DNA of 64,000 bases from Firmicutes bacterium UBA3943 (GTDB taxonomy: Bacteria; Bacillota; UBA4882; UBA10575; UBA3943), in contig DGDV01000054.1 of the NCBI GenBank assembly GCA_002385625.1, forward strand, positions 477-64,476, read 5' to 3'. The notes under the pieces were generated by a model. The model was not told the DNA's origin. It made no database searches and saw only the letters and a list, made by a program, of their open reading frames with translations. Position 1 is the stretch's first letter. The number at the start of each line of letters is the position of its first letter. The position numbers and the translations under genes were made by a program. Positions 28,193-38,075 of this stretch are shown here, piece by piece.

Positions 28193-28230
28193 TAACGTGA
28201 TAAAAATTGTATTTTATAACGTGATAAAAA
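28193..28230 (+). repeat. Two copies of the 14-nt direct repeat TAACGTGATAAAAA, directly upstream of the PPIase RBS
   Basis: Exact copies lie at 28193-28206 and 28217-28230, 24 nt start to start. The second copy abuts GGGAGG at 28231-28236. Confidence 0.6.
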
Positions 28231-28243
28231 GGGAGGAATTATT

Positions 28244-29761
28244 GTGTCAGGTATGATGAGAGTTCGCCACCTCTCCAAAAAAATGCTTTTTCCGGTTGTA
28301 ATCGTACTGGTTGCTGCTATGGGCATTGGTTTATTCTTTATGTATCCTAATTTCAGTAATAATGAGAACAGCGGAGTCCTTTACAAAGGCCCTGCGGCCA
28401 AAGTGAACGGGAAGAAGATCAAGGATGAAGATTTTAACCGCATCTATACCGCGCTGTTGTCCGGTGGGTTCTATCAAGTGAGTACTTCCGAGGAGATTAA
28501 AGACAAAGTCCTGGAGTATGCCACCGAGGAAATGATCATCAAGGAGTATATCAAGAAGAATAAAATTTCAATTGATAACAAAGAACTTGAACGTTTCATG
28601 AATAAGATGGTGTACGACCGGTTCAAGACGCCGGAAGAACTCCAGGGAGCATACAATTACTATAATGTCAAAAACAAAAGGGAACTTGCCAATAAATTCC
28701 GTGAGACGCTTAACTATCGAAACATGTGGGCATATTTGGCAAAAAAATGGGGTCTTAAGGTCACCGAAGAGGAACTGAAGGAAGCTTATGAAGAAGTGGA
28801 ACTGGCGCATATCCTGGTTGCCACCAACTCTCAGGTGAAACAGGATCCCCTGTCGGATGAGGAAGCGAAGAAACGTGCCGAAGAGGCTTACCAAAAAGTA
28901 AAGTCCGGTACAGATTTTGCCACTGTGGCGCGGGAGTATTCCGATGATAGCCATAGCAAAGATAACGGTGGGAGCCTCGGTACTGATACATTGGCCAATT
29001 TGAAGAGGAGTTTGGTCAAGGACTTTATGGCGGCTGTCGTTAAAATGAAAGCCGGCGAGATTTCTGCTCCGGTGAAGACAGAGTATGGTTACCATATTAT
29101 CAAAGTAGTCAGCCGCACCGAAGCCAAGGGCAAAGAGTTTGAGACCGTCAAAAAGGATCTGGAACGCGATATCCTGACGAACAAGCTTTTAACGGAGAAA
29201 AGGGAAGAATATGAAAAATGGTTAAAAGATGAGGTCAAAAAGGCGAAGATTGAAATCATCGATCCGGCTCTGCGCGCTTTCCGCTTGAAGAAAGAAGAAA
29301 AATGGGAAGCGGCTGCTCTTGCCTATGAGAAGGCATTGAAGGATAAGCGTTATCGGGACGATTTGGAGGTTTATCTTTCTGCTGCGGAGTCCTTCAGAGA
29401 AGCTAACCAACACCAAAAAGCCCTGGCAGTGTTGGATAAGTATGAACTTAATCCCAACGATGTGCGGATCCAAATGGCCAAAGCCAATGTTTATGATGCC
29501 ATGAATGACAAGAAAAAGGCCAAAGACCTCCTGGTTCAAGCCGCCAAGAATGCCGGTGAGGATCTGTATAAGAAACGGGCGATCTTGGTTTTAATGGAAG
29601 AACTCAAGTATGAAGAGGAAGCCAAGGCGTTGGAGGAAGAGATTAAAACTATTCAGGCACGGATTGAGGAACGGCAAAAACAAGAAGCCAAAGAGTACGA
29701 AGAAATGATGAAAAACGCCAACGAGGCCATGGCTAATGAGGAGACTGCTGAGAACAAGTAG
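28244..29761 (+). CDS. Membrane-anchored parvulin-type peptidyl-prolyl isomerase (PrsA/SurA-like) with a TPR-like, charged C-terminus
   Basis: It has an N-terminal TM helix, a PpiC domain (AHILV...FATVAREYSDD...GGSLG...YGYHIIKV) and a long Lys/Glu-rich helical tail. GTG 28244 lies 7 nt after GGGAGG. Confidence 0.8.
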   Translation: MSGMMRVRHLSKKMLFPVVIVLVAAMGIGLFFMYPNFSNNENSGVLYKGPAAKVNGKKIKDEDFNRIYTALLSGGFYQVSTSEEIKDKVLEYATEEMIIKEYIKKNKISIDNKELERFMNKMVYDRFKTPEELQGAYNYYNVKNKRELANKFRETLNYRNMWAYLAKKWGLKVTEEELKEAYEEVELAHILVATNSQVKQDPLSDEEAKKRAEEAYQKVKSGTDFATVAREYSDDSHSKDNGGSLGTDTLANLKRSLVKDFMAAVVKMKAGEISAPVKTEYGYHIIKVVSRTEAKGKEFETVKKDLERDILTNKLLTEKREEYEKWLKDEVKKAKIEIIDPALRAFRLKKEEKWEAAALAYEKALKDKRYRDDLEVYLSAAESFREANQHQKALAVLDKYELNPNDVRIQMAKANVYDAMNDKKKAKDLLVQAAKNAGEDLYKKRAILVLMEELKYEEEAKALEEEIKTIQARIEERQKQEAKEYEEMMKNANEAMANEETAENK

Positions 29762-29870
29762 AATGCTTTAAGGTCCAATATGATGGTTGAAGATGCGGGC
29801 GCGGTGGGTAAATCACTCTTACCCTCCGCGTTCGCCATAATTTCTGCCGGTACGGGTGGGGGATTTGACG

Positions 29871-31133
29871 ATGAAGATCAATGCACCAAAAGGAACACAG
29901 GACATTCTTCCTGAACAAGCCTTGATTTGGCAGTGGGTTGAAAAGCAGGTCCGTGAGGTCTTCCGCGTGTATAATTACGGTGAAGTGCGGACGCCCATCT
30001 TTGAACATACGGAACTGTTTGCCCGGGGAATTGGCGAGACCACCGATATTGTGGAGAAAGAGATGTATACCTTTTTGGATCAGGGCGGACGCAGTATAAC
30101 CCTGCGCCCGGAGGGAACCGCCTCAGTGGTGAGGGCTTTTTTGGAACATAATTTGGCCGCAAAGACCGGCGTCACCAAACTATTTTACTTTGGCCCCATG
30201 TTCCGGCAGGAAAAGCCGCAGGCCGGACGGTTCCGGCAGTTTCATCAATTCGGGGTGGAGGTTTTAGGGGAAAATTCACCCTTGATTGATGCCGAGGTTA
30301 TTGCCATGGCTACGGAGATCTACCGTCGGTTGGGGCTGGATGCTTTGGAGGTACGGTTGAACTCCGTCGGATGTCCGGTTTGTCGGGCCAATTATCGGCA
30401 GGCATTGCTTGATCATTTAACCCCCCGCTCCGGTGAGCTTTGTGCCAGTTGCCAGCGGCGGTTGGTCCAAAACCCCCTGCGGGTTTTGGATTGCAAGAGC
30501 CCTGTCTGCCAAGGGATTACGGCCGAGGCGCCGCAACTGGACCAATATCTTTGCGAAGATTGTGCCAGCCATTTTGCAGCGGTTCGCCGGTATCTGGACG
30601 CCATGGGTGTGGTTTATATGATCGATTCACGACTGGTACGGGGACTGGACTATTACACCAAAACCGTCTTTGAGGTGGTGTACCAAGGCCTTGGCGCGCA
30701 GAACGCCGTCTGTGGCGGCGGTCGCTATGACGGTTTGGTGCAACAGTGCGGTGGCCCGCCCACACCGGGGATTGGCTTTGCTGCCGGGGTTGAGCGGTTG
30801 ATTATCACCCTGGAGAAACAAGGAAAGCTTCCTGAACTTTCCGGAGCGCCGCAGGTTTATCTCAGCGTGCTGGGAGACGCCCCCAAGCTGAAGGCCTTTG
30901 AAATTGCACAGAATCTGCGCGCTCAAGGGATCAGGACCGAGTTGGAGTACGCTGGCCGGAGTTTAAAAGCCCAGATGAAGACGGCGGATAAGCTCAATGC
31001 TGCTCTTGTATTGATCCTGGGCGAGGATGAACTGGCGCGGGAGACAATTGTCCTCCGGAATATGAAAAAAGGTGAGCAGCGGGAGGTCCCGTGGCGCGAA
31101 TTGGTTACGGTCATCCAAGAGGAGTTAGGTTAA
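29871..31133 (+). CDS. hisS: Histidine--tRNA ligase
   Basis: MKINAPKGTQDILP, LRPEGTA, FRQEKPQAGRFRQFHQFG and GGGRYD motifs are present. ATG 29871 follows GGGTGGGGGA. Confidence 0.95.
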   Translation: MKINAPKGTQDILPEQALIWQWVEKQVREVFRVYNYGEVRTPIFEHTELFARGIGETTDIVEKEMYTFLDQGGRSITLRPEGTASVVRAFLEHNLAAKTGVTKLFYFGPMFRQEKPQAGRFRQFHQFGVEVLGENSPLIDAEVIAMATEIYRRLGLDALEVRLNSVGCPVCRANYRQALLDHLTPRSGELCASCQRRLVQNPLRVLDCKSPVCQGITAEAPQLDQYLCEDCASHFAAVRRYLDAMGVVYMIDSRLVRGLDYYTKTVFEVVYQGLGAQNAVCGGGRYDGLVQQCGGPPTPGIGFAAGVERLIITLEKQGKLPELSGAPQVYLSVLGDAPKLKAFEIAQNLRAQGIRTELEYAGRSLKAQMKTADKLNAALVLILGEDELARETIVLRNMKKGEQREVPWRELVTVIQEELG

Positions 31134-31160
31134 GGGGTTAGACGGTGAGGAGGAGAACGG

Positions 31161-32948
31161 ATGGAGAATTGGCAACGGACGGTGGGCTGCGGTGAGCTCC
31201 GCAGTTCCCATCAGGGACAGAAGGTTGTGCTGAACGGTTGGGTTCATCGCCACAGAAACCATGGCGGTTTGCTCTTTATCAGCCTGCGGGATCGTTCAGG
31301 CATTGTTCAGGTGGTCTTTGACGCGGAGGTAAGCCAGGAGGCTTTTCAATTAGCCGAAACCCTGCGGGGTGAGTATGTGGTTGCGGTGGAAGGTACGGTG
31401 CGACTCCGCCCGGAAGGAATGATTAATCCTGCCATGGCCACAGGTGAGGTGGAAGTGGTGGGCGAAGGCTTACTGATCCTGAATCCCGCCAAAACCCCAC
31501 CGATTTACATTGATGAACGGGCCGATGACGTCGATGAGACCCTCCGCCTGAAATACAGGTATTTAGACCTGCGCCGAGCGGAAATGCAAAAGAATTTAAT
31601 GCTCCGGCACCGGGTGGCCAAAGCGGCCCGGGATTTTTTGGACGCCCAAGGTTTCCTGGAGATTGAGACGCCGATTTTGACCAAGAGCACACCCGAGGGC
31701 GCCCGGGATTTTCTTGTGCCCAGCCGGGTTAATCCCGGGGAGTTCTATGCCTTGCCCCAATCGCCCCAGTTGTTCAAGCAACTATTAATGGTGGCGGGCA
31801 TGGAGCGGTACTTCCAGATCGCCAAGTGTTTCCGGGATGAAGACCTCCGGGCTGATCGCCAACCGGAGTTTACCCAGATTGACTTGGAGATGTCTTTCAT
31901 TGACCGGGAGACAATTTTGTCCCTGATGGAGGAGATGATTGCCCATATCTTCCGGGAAGTGCAGGGAATTGAGCTTTCCCGCCCCTTCCGGCGGATGGAT
32001 TACGACGAAGCCATGGCTAGGTACGGCTCGGACAAGCCGGATCTGCGTTTTGGCATGGAGCTTCAGGATATCACTGATCTGGTGAAAGACGCTGGTTTTC
32101 AGGTCTTCCGGAATGTGGCGGCCACCGGCGGTGTGGTCAAGGCTATTGTGGCGACGGGCTGCGGCAACTATACCCGGAAACAACTGGATGAGTTGACGCC
32201 TTTGGCCGCAGGTTACGGTGCCAAAGGCGTGGCTTACTTTGCCCTTTCAGCGGAAGGTATCAAATCGTCCATTGCCAAGTTTTTCAGTGCCGAAGAGTTG
32301 GAGCGGATCCTCAATGCAGTAGGGGCCAAGACCGGGGATCTAGTGATAATGGTAGCCGATAAACCAGAAGTGGTTAATGCCGCGTTGGGCGGACTTCGCC
32401 TGGAATTTGGCCGCCGCTTGGGGTTAACCGACAATGACAAGCTGGAATTCCTTTGGGTGATTAACTTTCCTCTGCTGGAGTTTGATCCCACGGAAAATCG
32501 CTTTGTCGCGGTTCACCATCCCTTTACCTCACCGCGGCCGGAGGATCTGTCCTTATTGGACAGCGATCCGGCTAAAGCCCGGGCTAATAGCTACGATCTT
32601 GTCCTAAACGGTGTTGAACTGGGCGGCGGTAGTATCAGGATCCACCGGCGGGATGTCCAGGAAAAGCTTTTTTCCGTAATTGGCTTGTCCCAGGAGGAAG
32701 CCTACGAGAAGTTCGGTTATCTCTTGGAGGCCTTTGAATACGGGACGCCGCCCCACGGTGGAATTGCTTTTGGGCTGGACCGCTTGGTGATGCTGATGGC
32801 TAAAGTATCGAGCATCCGGGATGTGATTGCCTTCCCGAAGACCACCAGCGCTACATGTTTGATGACCAATGCGCCATCACCGGTCAAACCGGAACAATTG
32901 AAGGAACTTTATATTGAAACAAGCCTACCGCGCAGAGCCGCAGAGTGA
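31161..32948 (+). CDS. aspS: Aspartate--tRNA ligase
   Basis: It has an OB-fold N-terminus and class II motifs [18 protein letters not shown] and GGGSIRIH...GIAFGLDRL. The 595-aa length fits the bacterial type with a GAD insertion. Confidence 0.95.
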   Translation: MENWQRTVGCGELRSSHQGQKVVLNGWVHRHRNHGGLLFISLRDRSGIVQVVFDAEVSQEAFQLAETLRGEYVVAVEGTVRLRPEGMINPAMATGEVEVVGEGLLILNPAKTPPIYIDERADDVDETLRLKYRYLDLRRAEMQKNLMLRHRVAKAARDFLDAQGFLEIETPILTKSTPEGARDFLVPSRVNPGEFYALPQSPQLFKQLLMVAGMERYFQIAKCFRDEDLRADRQPEFTQIDLEMSFIDRETILSLMEEMIAHIFREVQGIELSRPFRRMDYDEAMARYGSDKPDLRFGMELQDITDLVKDAGFQVFRNVAATGGVVKAIVATGCGNYTRKQLDELTPLAAGYGAKGVAYFALSAEGIKSSIAKFFSAEELERILNAVGAKTGDLVIMVADKPEVVNAALGGLRLEFGRRLGLTDNDKLEFLWVINFPLLEFDPTENRFVAVHHPFTSPRPEDLSLLDSDPAKARANSYDLVLNGVELGGGSIRIHRRDVQEKLFSVIGLSQEEAYEKFGYLLEAFEYGTPPHGGIAFGLDRLVMLMAKVSSIRDVIAFPKTTSATCLMTNAPSPVKPEQLKELYIETSLPRRAAE

Positions 32949-32964
32949 TGGAAACCTCTGCTAC

Positions 32965-32993
32965 TTGCTGAAATGACGTTTTTTTGGTATGAT
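32965..32993 (+). promoter_or_regulatory. Sigma-A type promoter with extended -10, immediately after aspS
   Basis: TTGCTG (32965-32970), a 17-nt spacer ending in TGG, then TATGAT (32988-32993). The predicted start is near 33000. Confidence 0.5.
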
Positions 32994-32999
32994 CTAAGT

Positions 33000-33235
33000 A
33001 AGCAAAAACACCTGCACCGGTGAACAGACCCGCCTTGGTCTTCAGGGTTTGTCCCGGATGACAGGAAATAAAAATGTACCCTGCTGTGCGCGAGTAAGCT
33101 GAAGTTATGAACCAACACCTTTTACCTAGGGGTCCGGACTCTGACTGTGGCGTGTAGGCCGCCAACAAGTTGTCGGAACACAAAAGCAGTCAGGAGGACA
33201 CCCACCCTGCTTGAGCAGGTTCAGGTAACATTCAG
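33000..33235 (+). ncRNA. ssrS: Candidate 6S RNA (ssrS/bsrA-like); ends approximate
   Basis: This is a roughly 300-nt non-coding gap with its own promoter. It sits downstream of aspS, as Bacillus subtilis bsrA does. It also sits directly upstream of the 5-formyl-THF cyclo-ligase gene, as ssrS-ygfA is arranged in many bacteria. By-eye pairing gives a long interrupted rod: 33010-33015 with 33215-33220, 33031-33034 with 33149-33152, and 33051-33059 with 33132-33139. It has not been verified with a covariance model. Confidence 0.5.
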
Positions 33236-33311
33236 CTAAGACGGTATGGCGGGGGCATTTTTTGTTCTTAAAATAAGTTTATTGCCCTCCGGACGAGGGG
33301 AGGGAAGTTTT

Positions 33312-33905
33312 TTGGAACTACGCCGGGAAAAAAAGTTATTAAGAGCCCAGATGCTGCGCTTACGCAAGGAGCTGGACCAGGAAACTGTCCGGCGCAGTGA
33401 TGAGGCAGGCCGAAGACTAGCTGAGCACATCATTGATACATACCGGGGCGGTACTGTTACCGCCTATTGGTCGGTGGCGAATGAGTTTTCCACCCGCGGC
33501 CTCTTGACATTGCTGCACCAAGAGGGCATTCCTCTGGCGCTGCCGGTGATCCTAGCCGACGACACCATGGAGTTTTATCGTTTTCTGCCCAGGACAATGC
33601 TGCAAGCGGGGCGATTTGGCATTCCCACACCGCCCTTGTTGCCGGAGAACCTTGTTCGTACTGAAGAGATTAGTTGCATGGTGGTGCCGGGCGTGGCCTT
33701 TGATCTGAACGGTAACCGTTTGGGGATGGGCAAGGGTTACTATGACAGGTACCTCCGCCGCCTGTCGTTCCAGGTTCCGACCATCGGTGCAGCCTATGAA
33801 TTTCAGGTTGTTCCCATGGTTCCGGTGGGAGCGGAAGATCGACCGGTGCGGTTTTTGTGGACGGAATGCCGGGATAACATCGAGTTATGCAGAGATAAAG
33901 CGTGA
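33312..33905 (+). CDS. 5-formyltetrahydrofolate cyclo-ligase
   Basis: KKLLRAQMLRLRKEL N-terminal pattern, VPGVAFDLNGNRLGMGKGYYDRYL and EDRPV motifs are present. TTG 33312 follows GGGGAGGGAAG. The ORF track starts at ATG 33246, which would run into the putative RNA. Confidence 0.85.
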   Translation: MELRREKKLLRAQMLRLRKELDQETVRRSDEAGRRLAEHIIDTYRGGTVTAYWSVANEFSTRGLLTLLHQEGIPLALPVILADDTMEFYRFLPRTMLQAGRFGIPTPPLLPENLVRTEEISCMVVPGVAFDLNGNRLGMGKGYYDRYLRRLSFQVPTIGAAYEFQVVPMVPVGAEDRPVRFLWTECRDNIELCRDKA

Positions 33906-33970
33906 AACGATCACAGCTAATATTATATATACGGACAAACAGTGGTAACGTGTCTGGAATGGAGTGTGAT

Positions 33971-35155
33971 ATGATGAATGTTCAAAGGAATTTCTTGCTT
34001 AAAGGAGCGGAGATTTTCACCGGCGAACGGGGTCGTTCCTGGGAAAAGCAGGAGTTGTATATTGAGAACGGGAAAATAGGTAAGGCCGGGTCAGTCCACG
34101 ACGGAGTACAAGTTTTGGATGTAACCGGTTGCTATATCATGCCGGGAATGGTGGATGCCCACTGCCATATTGGCTTGTTTGATGAAGCCATGGGCTTTGA
34201 GGGTGAGGACGGCAATGAGATGACCGATCCCATAACCCCGCATATGCGCGCTATTGACGGGATGTATCCGGCTGACCGGACCTTCCAGGAAGCTTTGGAA
34301 GCCGGTGTTACCACCGCCGTGACCGGTCCCGGCAGCGCCAATGTCATTGGCGGGCAATTTGCTGCCATAAAAACCTGGGGGCGGACGGTGGAGGAGATGT
34401 TGCTGCAGGCCCCCGTGGCAATGAAAGTGGCCTTTGGCGAAAACCCCAAACGAATCTATAATGAGCAGAAAAAGGCGCCGATGACCCGTATGGCCACGGC
34501 GGCGCTGCTTAGGGAGACCCTCTATAAAGCCTTGGAATACCGGGATCATCTCCGGGCTGCCCAGGATGATCCTGCCAAACGCCCGGAGTTTGATCTAGCT
34601 TTGGAATCCTTGCTACCGGTGATCAACGGGCAAATTCCTTTAAAGGCCCATGCCCACCGGGTGGATGACATCATGACGGCCATTCGTATCGCGGAAGAGT
34701 TCGGCTTGGGCTTGACTTTGGACCATTGCACCGAAGGGCATCTAATCGCCGACATCTTGGCAAAGAAGGGCTATCCGGCCATTGTGGGGCCGTCCTTTGG
34801 CGATCGCTCCAAGGTGGAACTGAAGAATCAAACCTTTGATACCCCGCGCATCCTGGCTGAAGCAGGCGTTAAAGTAGCTTTGATGACCGATGCCCCGGTT
34901 ATTCCCCTTAAACATTTGATCATGTGTGCCCAGTTTGCCGTCAAGTACGGGATGGATCCCGACGAGGCCCTACGAGCTATCACCATCAATCCCGCAGAGA
35001 TCATTGGTCTGCAGGAACGGGTTGGTTCCTTAACTCCCGGTAAGGATGCGGACCTGGTAATCTTTGACCGCAATCCCTTGGATTTTCACGCCCAAGTTTT
35101 GGCGGTTCTGGTCAATGGCGAGATTGTCTTTTGCCAAGCATCCTTCCAGCCATAG
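33971..35155 (+). CDS. Amidohydrolase family protein (metal-dependent, imidazolonepropionase/dihydroorotase-like fold)
   Basis: MPGMVDAHCHIGL (HxH metal motif) and a later DHCTEGH segment are present, with the C-terminal GSLTPGKDADLVIFD motif. The ORF opens at 33902. ATG 33971 is the more likely start. Confidence 0.8.
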   Translation: MMNVQRNFLLKGAEIFTGERGRSWEKQELYIENGKIGKAGSVHDGVQVLDVTGCYIMPGMVDAHCHIGLFDEAMGFEGEDGNEMTDPITPHMRAIDGMYPADRTFQEALEAGVTTAVTGPGSANVIGGQFAAIKTWGRTVEEMLLQAPVAMKVAFGENPKRIYNEQKKAPMTRMATAALLRETLYKALEYRDHLRAAQDDPAKRPEFDLALESLLPVINGQIPLKAHAHRVDDIMTAIRIAEEFGLGLTLDHCTEGHLIADILAKKGYPAIVGPSFGDRSKVELKNQTFDTPRILAEAGVKVALMTDAPVIPLKHLIMCAQFAVKYGMDPDEALRAITINPAEIIGLQERVGSLTPGKDADLVIFDRNPLDFHAQVLAVLVNGEIVFCQASFQP

Positions 35156-35391
35156 CTTATCTTAGCAGTGACGAGAAGAAATTTCCAGTTAAACCAGGTA
35201 AATCATGGTTCATCCAGGAACTCTCGGCAGGATATTTAGTGTGGTTACAGAATATTATGTTAAGAAATCTTGTTTTACCAAAATAGATAGCCACTTAAGT
35301 TCGGCAAGCTATCACCGGACGCAAGGAGGCGCGGGTGAAGGCAGGCAGAACGGAAACGGCGTCGGGTCTGTAATTTTGGGAGGTGGAAGCA

Positions 35392-37755
35392 ATGATTACT
35401 GAAGATAAAGACAAACAGTCGTACCCAACCCGGCGTGAATTACCACTGTTGCCTTTGCGTGGAATGATAGTCTTCCCTTATATGGTTGTACCGTTGGATG
35501 TAGGCAGGGAAAAATCCGTCAGTGCGCTGGAAGAAGCGATGGTTAACGATCGACTGATTGCTTTGGCCTCTCAGTACCAGGCCAAGATTAATGAGCCAAC
35601 GCCCGATGATATTTATCGTGTGGGGACACTGGCGGAGATCAAGCAACTGATCAAATTACCGGACGGGACCATCCGTGTTTTAGTGGAAGGCCTTTCCCGG
35701 CTGAATATTCTCAAGTTTATACAGGTAGACCCCCATCTTCGCGTGGTTGTTGAGGATGTGGTTGAACCTCAGGAGAAGAACAGTGAGATTGAAGCCTTAA
35801 TGCGGACAACCTTGTTCCAGTTTGAGCAGTATATCAAACTGAGCAAAAGGGTGCCGCCGGAGGTGCTCTCCTCAGTTACCAGCATTCAAGAGGCCGGCCG
35901 GTTGGCTGATGTCATTGCCTCTCACCTTAACTTAAAGGTCGAAGAAAAACAAGGCATCCTCGAGGCCATTCCCTCCCAGGAGCGGTTGGAGAAACTTTGC
36001 GCACTGCTGATACGGGAGATGGAGATCTTGGACATGGAACGGAAGATCCATGTCCGGGTCCGGAAACAGATGGAAAAGACCCAGAAGGAATACTATCTGA
36101 AGGAACAGATCAAGGCCATCCAAAAAGAGTTGGGTGAGAAGGACGAGCGGGTGGCCGAATGCGAGGAATTAAGGGAAAAACTTAGTAAACTGGAACTCGC
36201 CGACGAAGTATTGGACAAAGCTAACCGGGAGATCGACCGGTTAGAGAAAATGCCGCCACTGGCTGCCGAGGCGGTGGTGGTTCGTAACTACTTGGATTGG
36301 CTGCTGGCAATGCCCTGGAATATCTCGACGGAAGACCGGATTGATATCAAGCGGGCGCAGGAGATTTTGGATGAGGACCACTACGGTCTGGAACAAGTAA
36401 AAGAACGCATTTTGGAATACCTGGCTGTATGTCAGTTGACCAACCAGATAAAAGGCCCCATCATTTGTCTGGTGGGACCACCCGGTGTTGGTAAGACCTC
36501 CTTGGCCCGCTCGGTGGCACGGGCTTTGAACAGGAAGTTTGTCCGCTTTTCCCTGGGTGGTGTCCGGGATGAAGCGGAAATCCGGGGTCACCGGCGCACT
36601 TACATCGGGGCGATGCCCGGAAAGATCGTCCAGGCTATTCGCCAAGCCGGCTCCAAAAACCCGGTACTCCTGTTGGATGAGATTGACAAGATGAGCATGG
36701 ATTTCCGGGGCGACCCGTCCTCTGCCTTGCTGGAGGTATTGGATCCGGAGCAAAACAACGCCTTTTCCGACCATTATTTAGAGGTTCCCTTTGATCTTTC
36801 CAAGGTGCTCTTCATCACTACGGCAAATACCTTCCATGGTATTCCCCGGCCTTTGCTGGACCGGATGGAGGTCATTACCATCTCCGGTTATACCGAGGAG
36901 GAAAAGGTGGAGATTGCCCGCAGGCACCTGTATCCCAAACAATTAAAGGAACATGGCATTCAACGCGAACAACTGGTTCTGCCGGAAAAAGTTCTCCGGG
37001 ATATTATTCGGTTATATACCAAAGAGTCCGGGGTGCGCAATCTGGAACGCCAGTTGGCGGCCATTTGCCGTAAATCCGCCCGGGAATTGGTGGGCGGGAA
37101 GAGCAAAACTGTCCGTGTGACCGGTCAAAATCTCCGGAAATTCCTGGGCGTACCGAAGTACCGGTATGGGATGGCTGAGGAAGAGGACCGGATCGGCGTC
37201 GCCACCGGACTGGCCTGGACGGAAGTGGGGGGAGATCTCCTTTCCATTGAAGTGACTGTGGTAAAAGGGAAAGGCAATCTGATCCTCACCGGTAAGCTGG
37301 GGGAAGTTATGCGGGAGTCGGCCCAGGCCGGTGTCAGCTATATCCGGTCCCGCGCCAAAGACTTGGGGATTGAGGAGGAATTTTACGAAAAATTTGATCT
37401 GCATATCCATGTGCCAGAAGGCGCCATTCCCAAAGACGGGCCTTCTGCCGGCATTACCATGGCGACGGCAGTGATCTCTGCTTTGACGAACCGTCCGGTG
37501 CACAAGGATGTGGCGATGACCGGGGAGATTACCCTGCGCGGGCGGGTCTTGCCCATTGGCGGCTTAAAAGAGAAGGTTCTGGCTGCCCACAGGGCAGGGA
37601 TCCAAAGGATTATAATCCCCCGGGAAAATGAAAAGGATTTGGAAGAGATCCCGCCGCAGGTGGCGCGGAAGCTCCGGTTTATTCTTGTGGATACCATGGA
37701 CGAGGTATTAAACGAAGCCCTGGCGCAAGCAGTTCCGGCGGTCTCTGTTGGCTGA
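35392..37755 (+). CDS. lon: ATP-dependent endopeptidase La (LonA)
   Basis: It has a LON N-domain, the AAA+ motif GPPGVGKTS, and the protease motif [15 protein letters not shown] 35392 lies 8 nt after GGGAGG. Confidence 0.95.
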   Translation: MITEDKDKQSYPTRRELPLLPLRGMIVFPYMVVPLDVGREKSVSALEEAMVNDRLIALASQYQAKINEPTPDDIYRVGTLAEIKQLIKLPDGTIRVLVEGLSRLNILKFIQVDPHLRVVVEDVVEPQEKNSEIEALMRTTLFQFEQYIKLSKRVPPEVLSSVTSIQEAGRLADVIASHLNLKVEEKQGILEAIPSQERLEKLCALLIREMEILDMERKIHVRVRKQMEKTQKEYYLKEQIKAIQKELGEKDERVAECEELREKLSKLELADEVLDKANREIDRLEKMPPLAAEAVVVRNYLDWLLAMPWNISTEDRIDIKRAQEILDEDHYGLEQVKERILEYLAVCQLTNQIKGPIICLVGPPGVGKTSLARSVARALNRKFVRFSLGGVRDEAEIRGHRRTYIGAMPGKIVQAIRQAGSKNPVLLLDEIDKMSMDFRGDPSSALLEVLDPEQNNAFSDHYLEVPFDLSKVLFITTANTFHGIPRPLLDRMEVITISGYTEEEKVEIARRHLYPKQLKEHGIQREQLVLPEKVLRDIIRLYTKESGVRNLERQLAAICRKSARELVGGKSKTVRVTGQNLRKFLGVPKYRYGMAEEEDRIGVATGLAWTEVGGDLLSIEVTVVKGKGNLILTGKLGEVMRESAQAGVSYIRSRAKDLGIEEEFYEKFDLHIHVPEGAIPKDGPSAGITMATAVISALTNRPVHKDVAMTGEITLRGRVLPIGGLKEKVLAAHRAGIQRIIIPRENEKDLEEIPPQVARKLRFILVDTMDEVLNEALAQAVPAVSVG

Positions 37756-37913
37756 ATGAGCGATATTTGCTGAATACCCATGAAGTGGAGAGGATGAAAA
37801 ATGCCAATCCACTTTTTACATAGAAGATATTATTCGGGAGTTCCTTTGGCTTATTTGTGCGGGGAAACAATAAAATGATCCATTATTGTTTTCGACAGCA
37901 ATCCGTTAATTGC

Positions 37914-37952
37914 GAAAATCCGATTTTGCTGGCAGGATCGGATTTTCTTTTC
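37914..37952 (+). terminator. Strong intrinsic terminator about 160 nt downstream of lon
   Basis: GAAAATCCGAT 37914-37924 pairs with ATCGGATTTTC 37937-37947 (11 bp), followed by TTTTC. Confidence 0.75.
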
Positions 37953-38075
37953 GCGAAAAGTAAGCATTTGCCCGTGGATAAACGGGGGTATTGTCGGGAA
38001 AAGGATACTAAGCTTGTGCAAGAGCAGTAAAGCGATTAAGACATGCACAATGAGCGGGAGAAGGGAGCGGAAAAG

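Noticed and set aside
29762-29870. Possible T-box leader upstream of hisS-aspS, as in Bacillus.
   Set aside because: The spacer is only about 109 nt, far shorter than a T-box riboswitch. I see only one imperfect hairpin (29806-29834) and no T-box sequence or specifier-loop architecture.
33000-33240. A THF (folate) riboswitch controlling the 5-formyl-THF cyclo-ligase gene, as an alternative reading of the non-coding region.
   Set aside because: I could not find the conserved THF-riboswitch core elements. The region has its own strong promoter right after aspS. The double synteny match favours 6S RNA. An Rfam scan would settle it.
35162-35170. TTAGCAGTG upstream of lon, resembling half of a CIRCE (TTAGCACTC-N9-GAGTGCTAA) heat-shock operator.
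   Set aside because: There is no inverted partner 9 nt away, and the half-site itself has mismatches. It is most likely chance.
35205-35402. 65-aa ORF in the spacer upstream of lon.
   Set aside because: It has no RBS, it runs into the lon start in another frame, and its composition is unremarkable. It is treated as non-coding leader.
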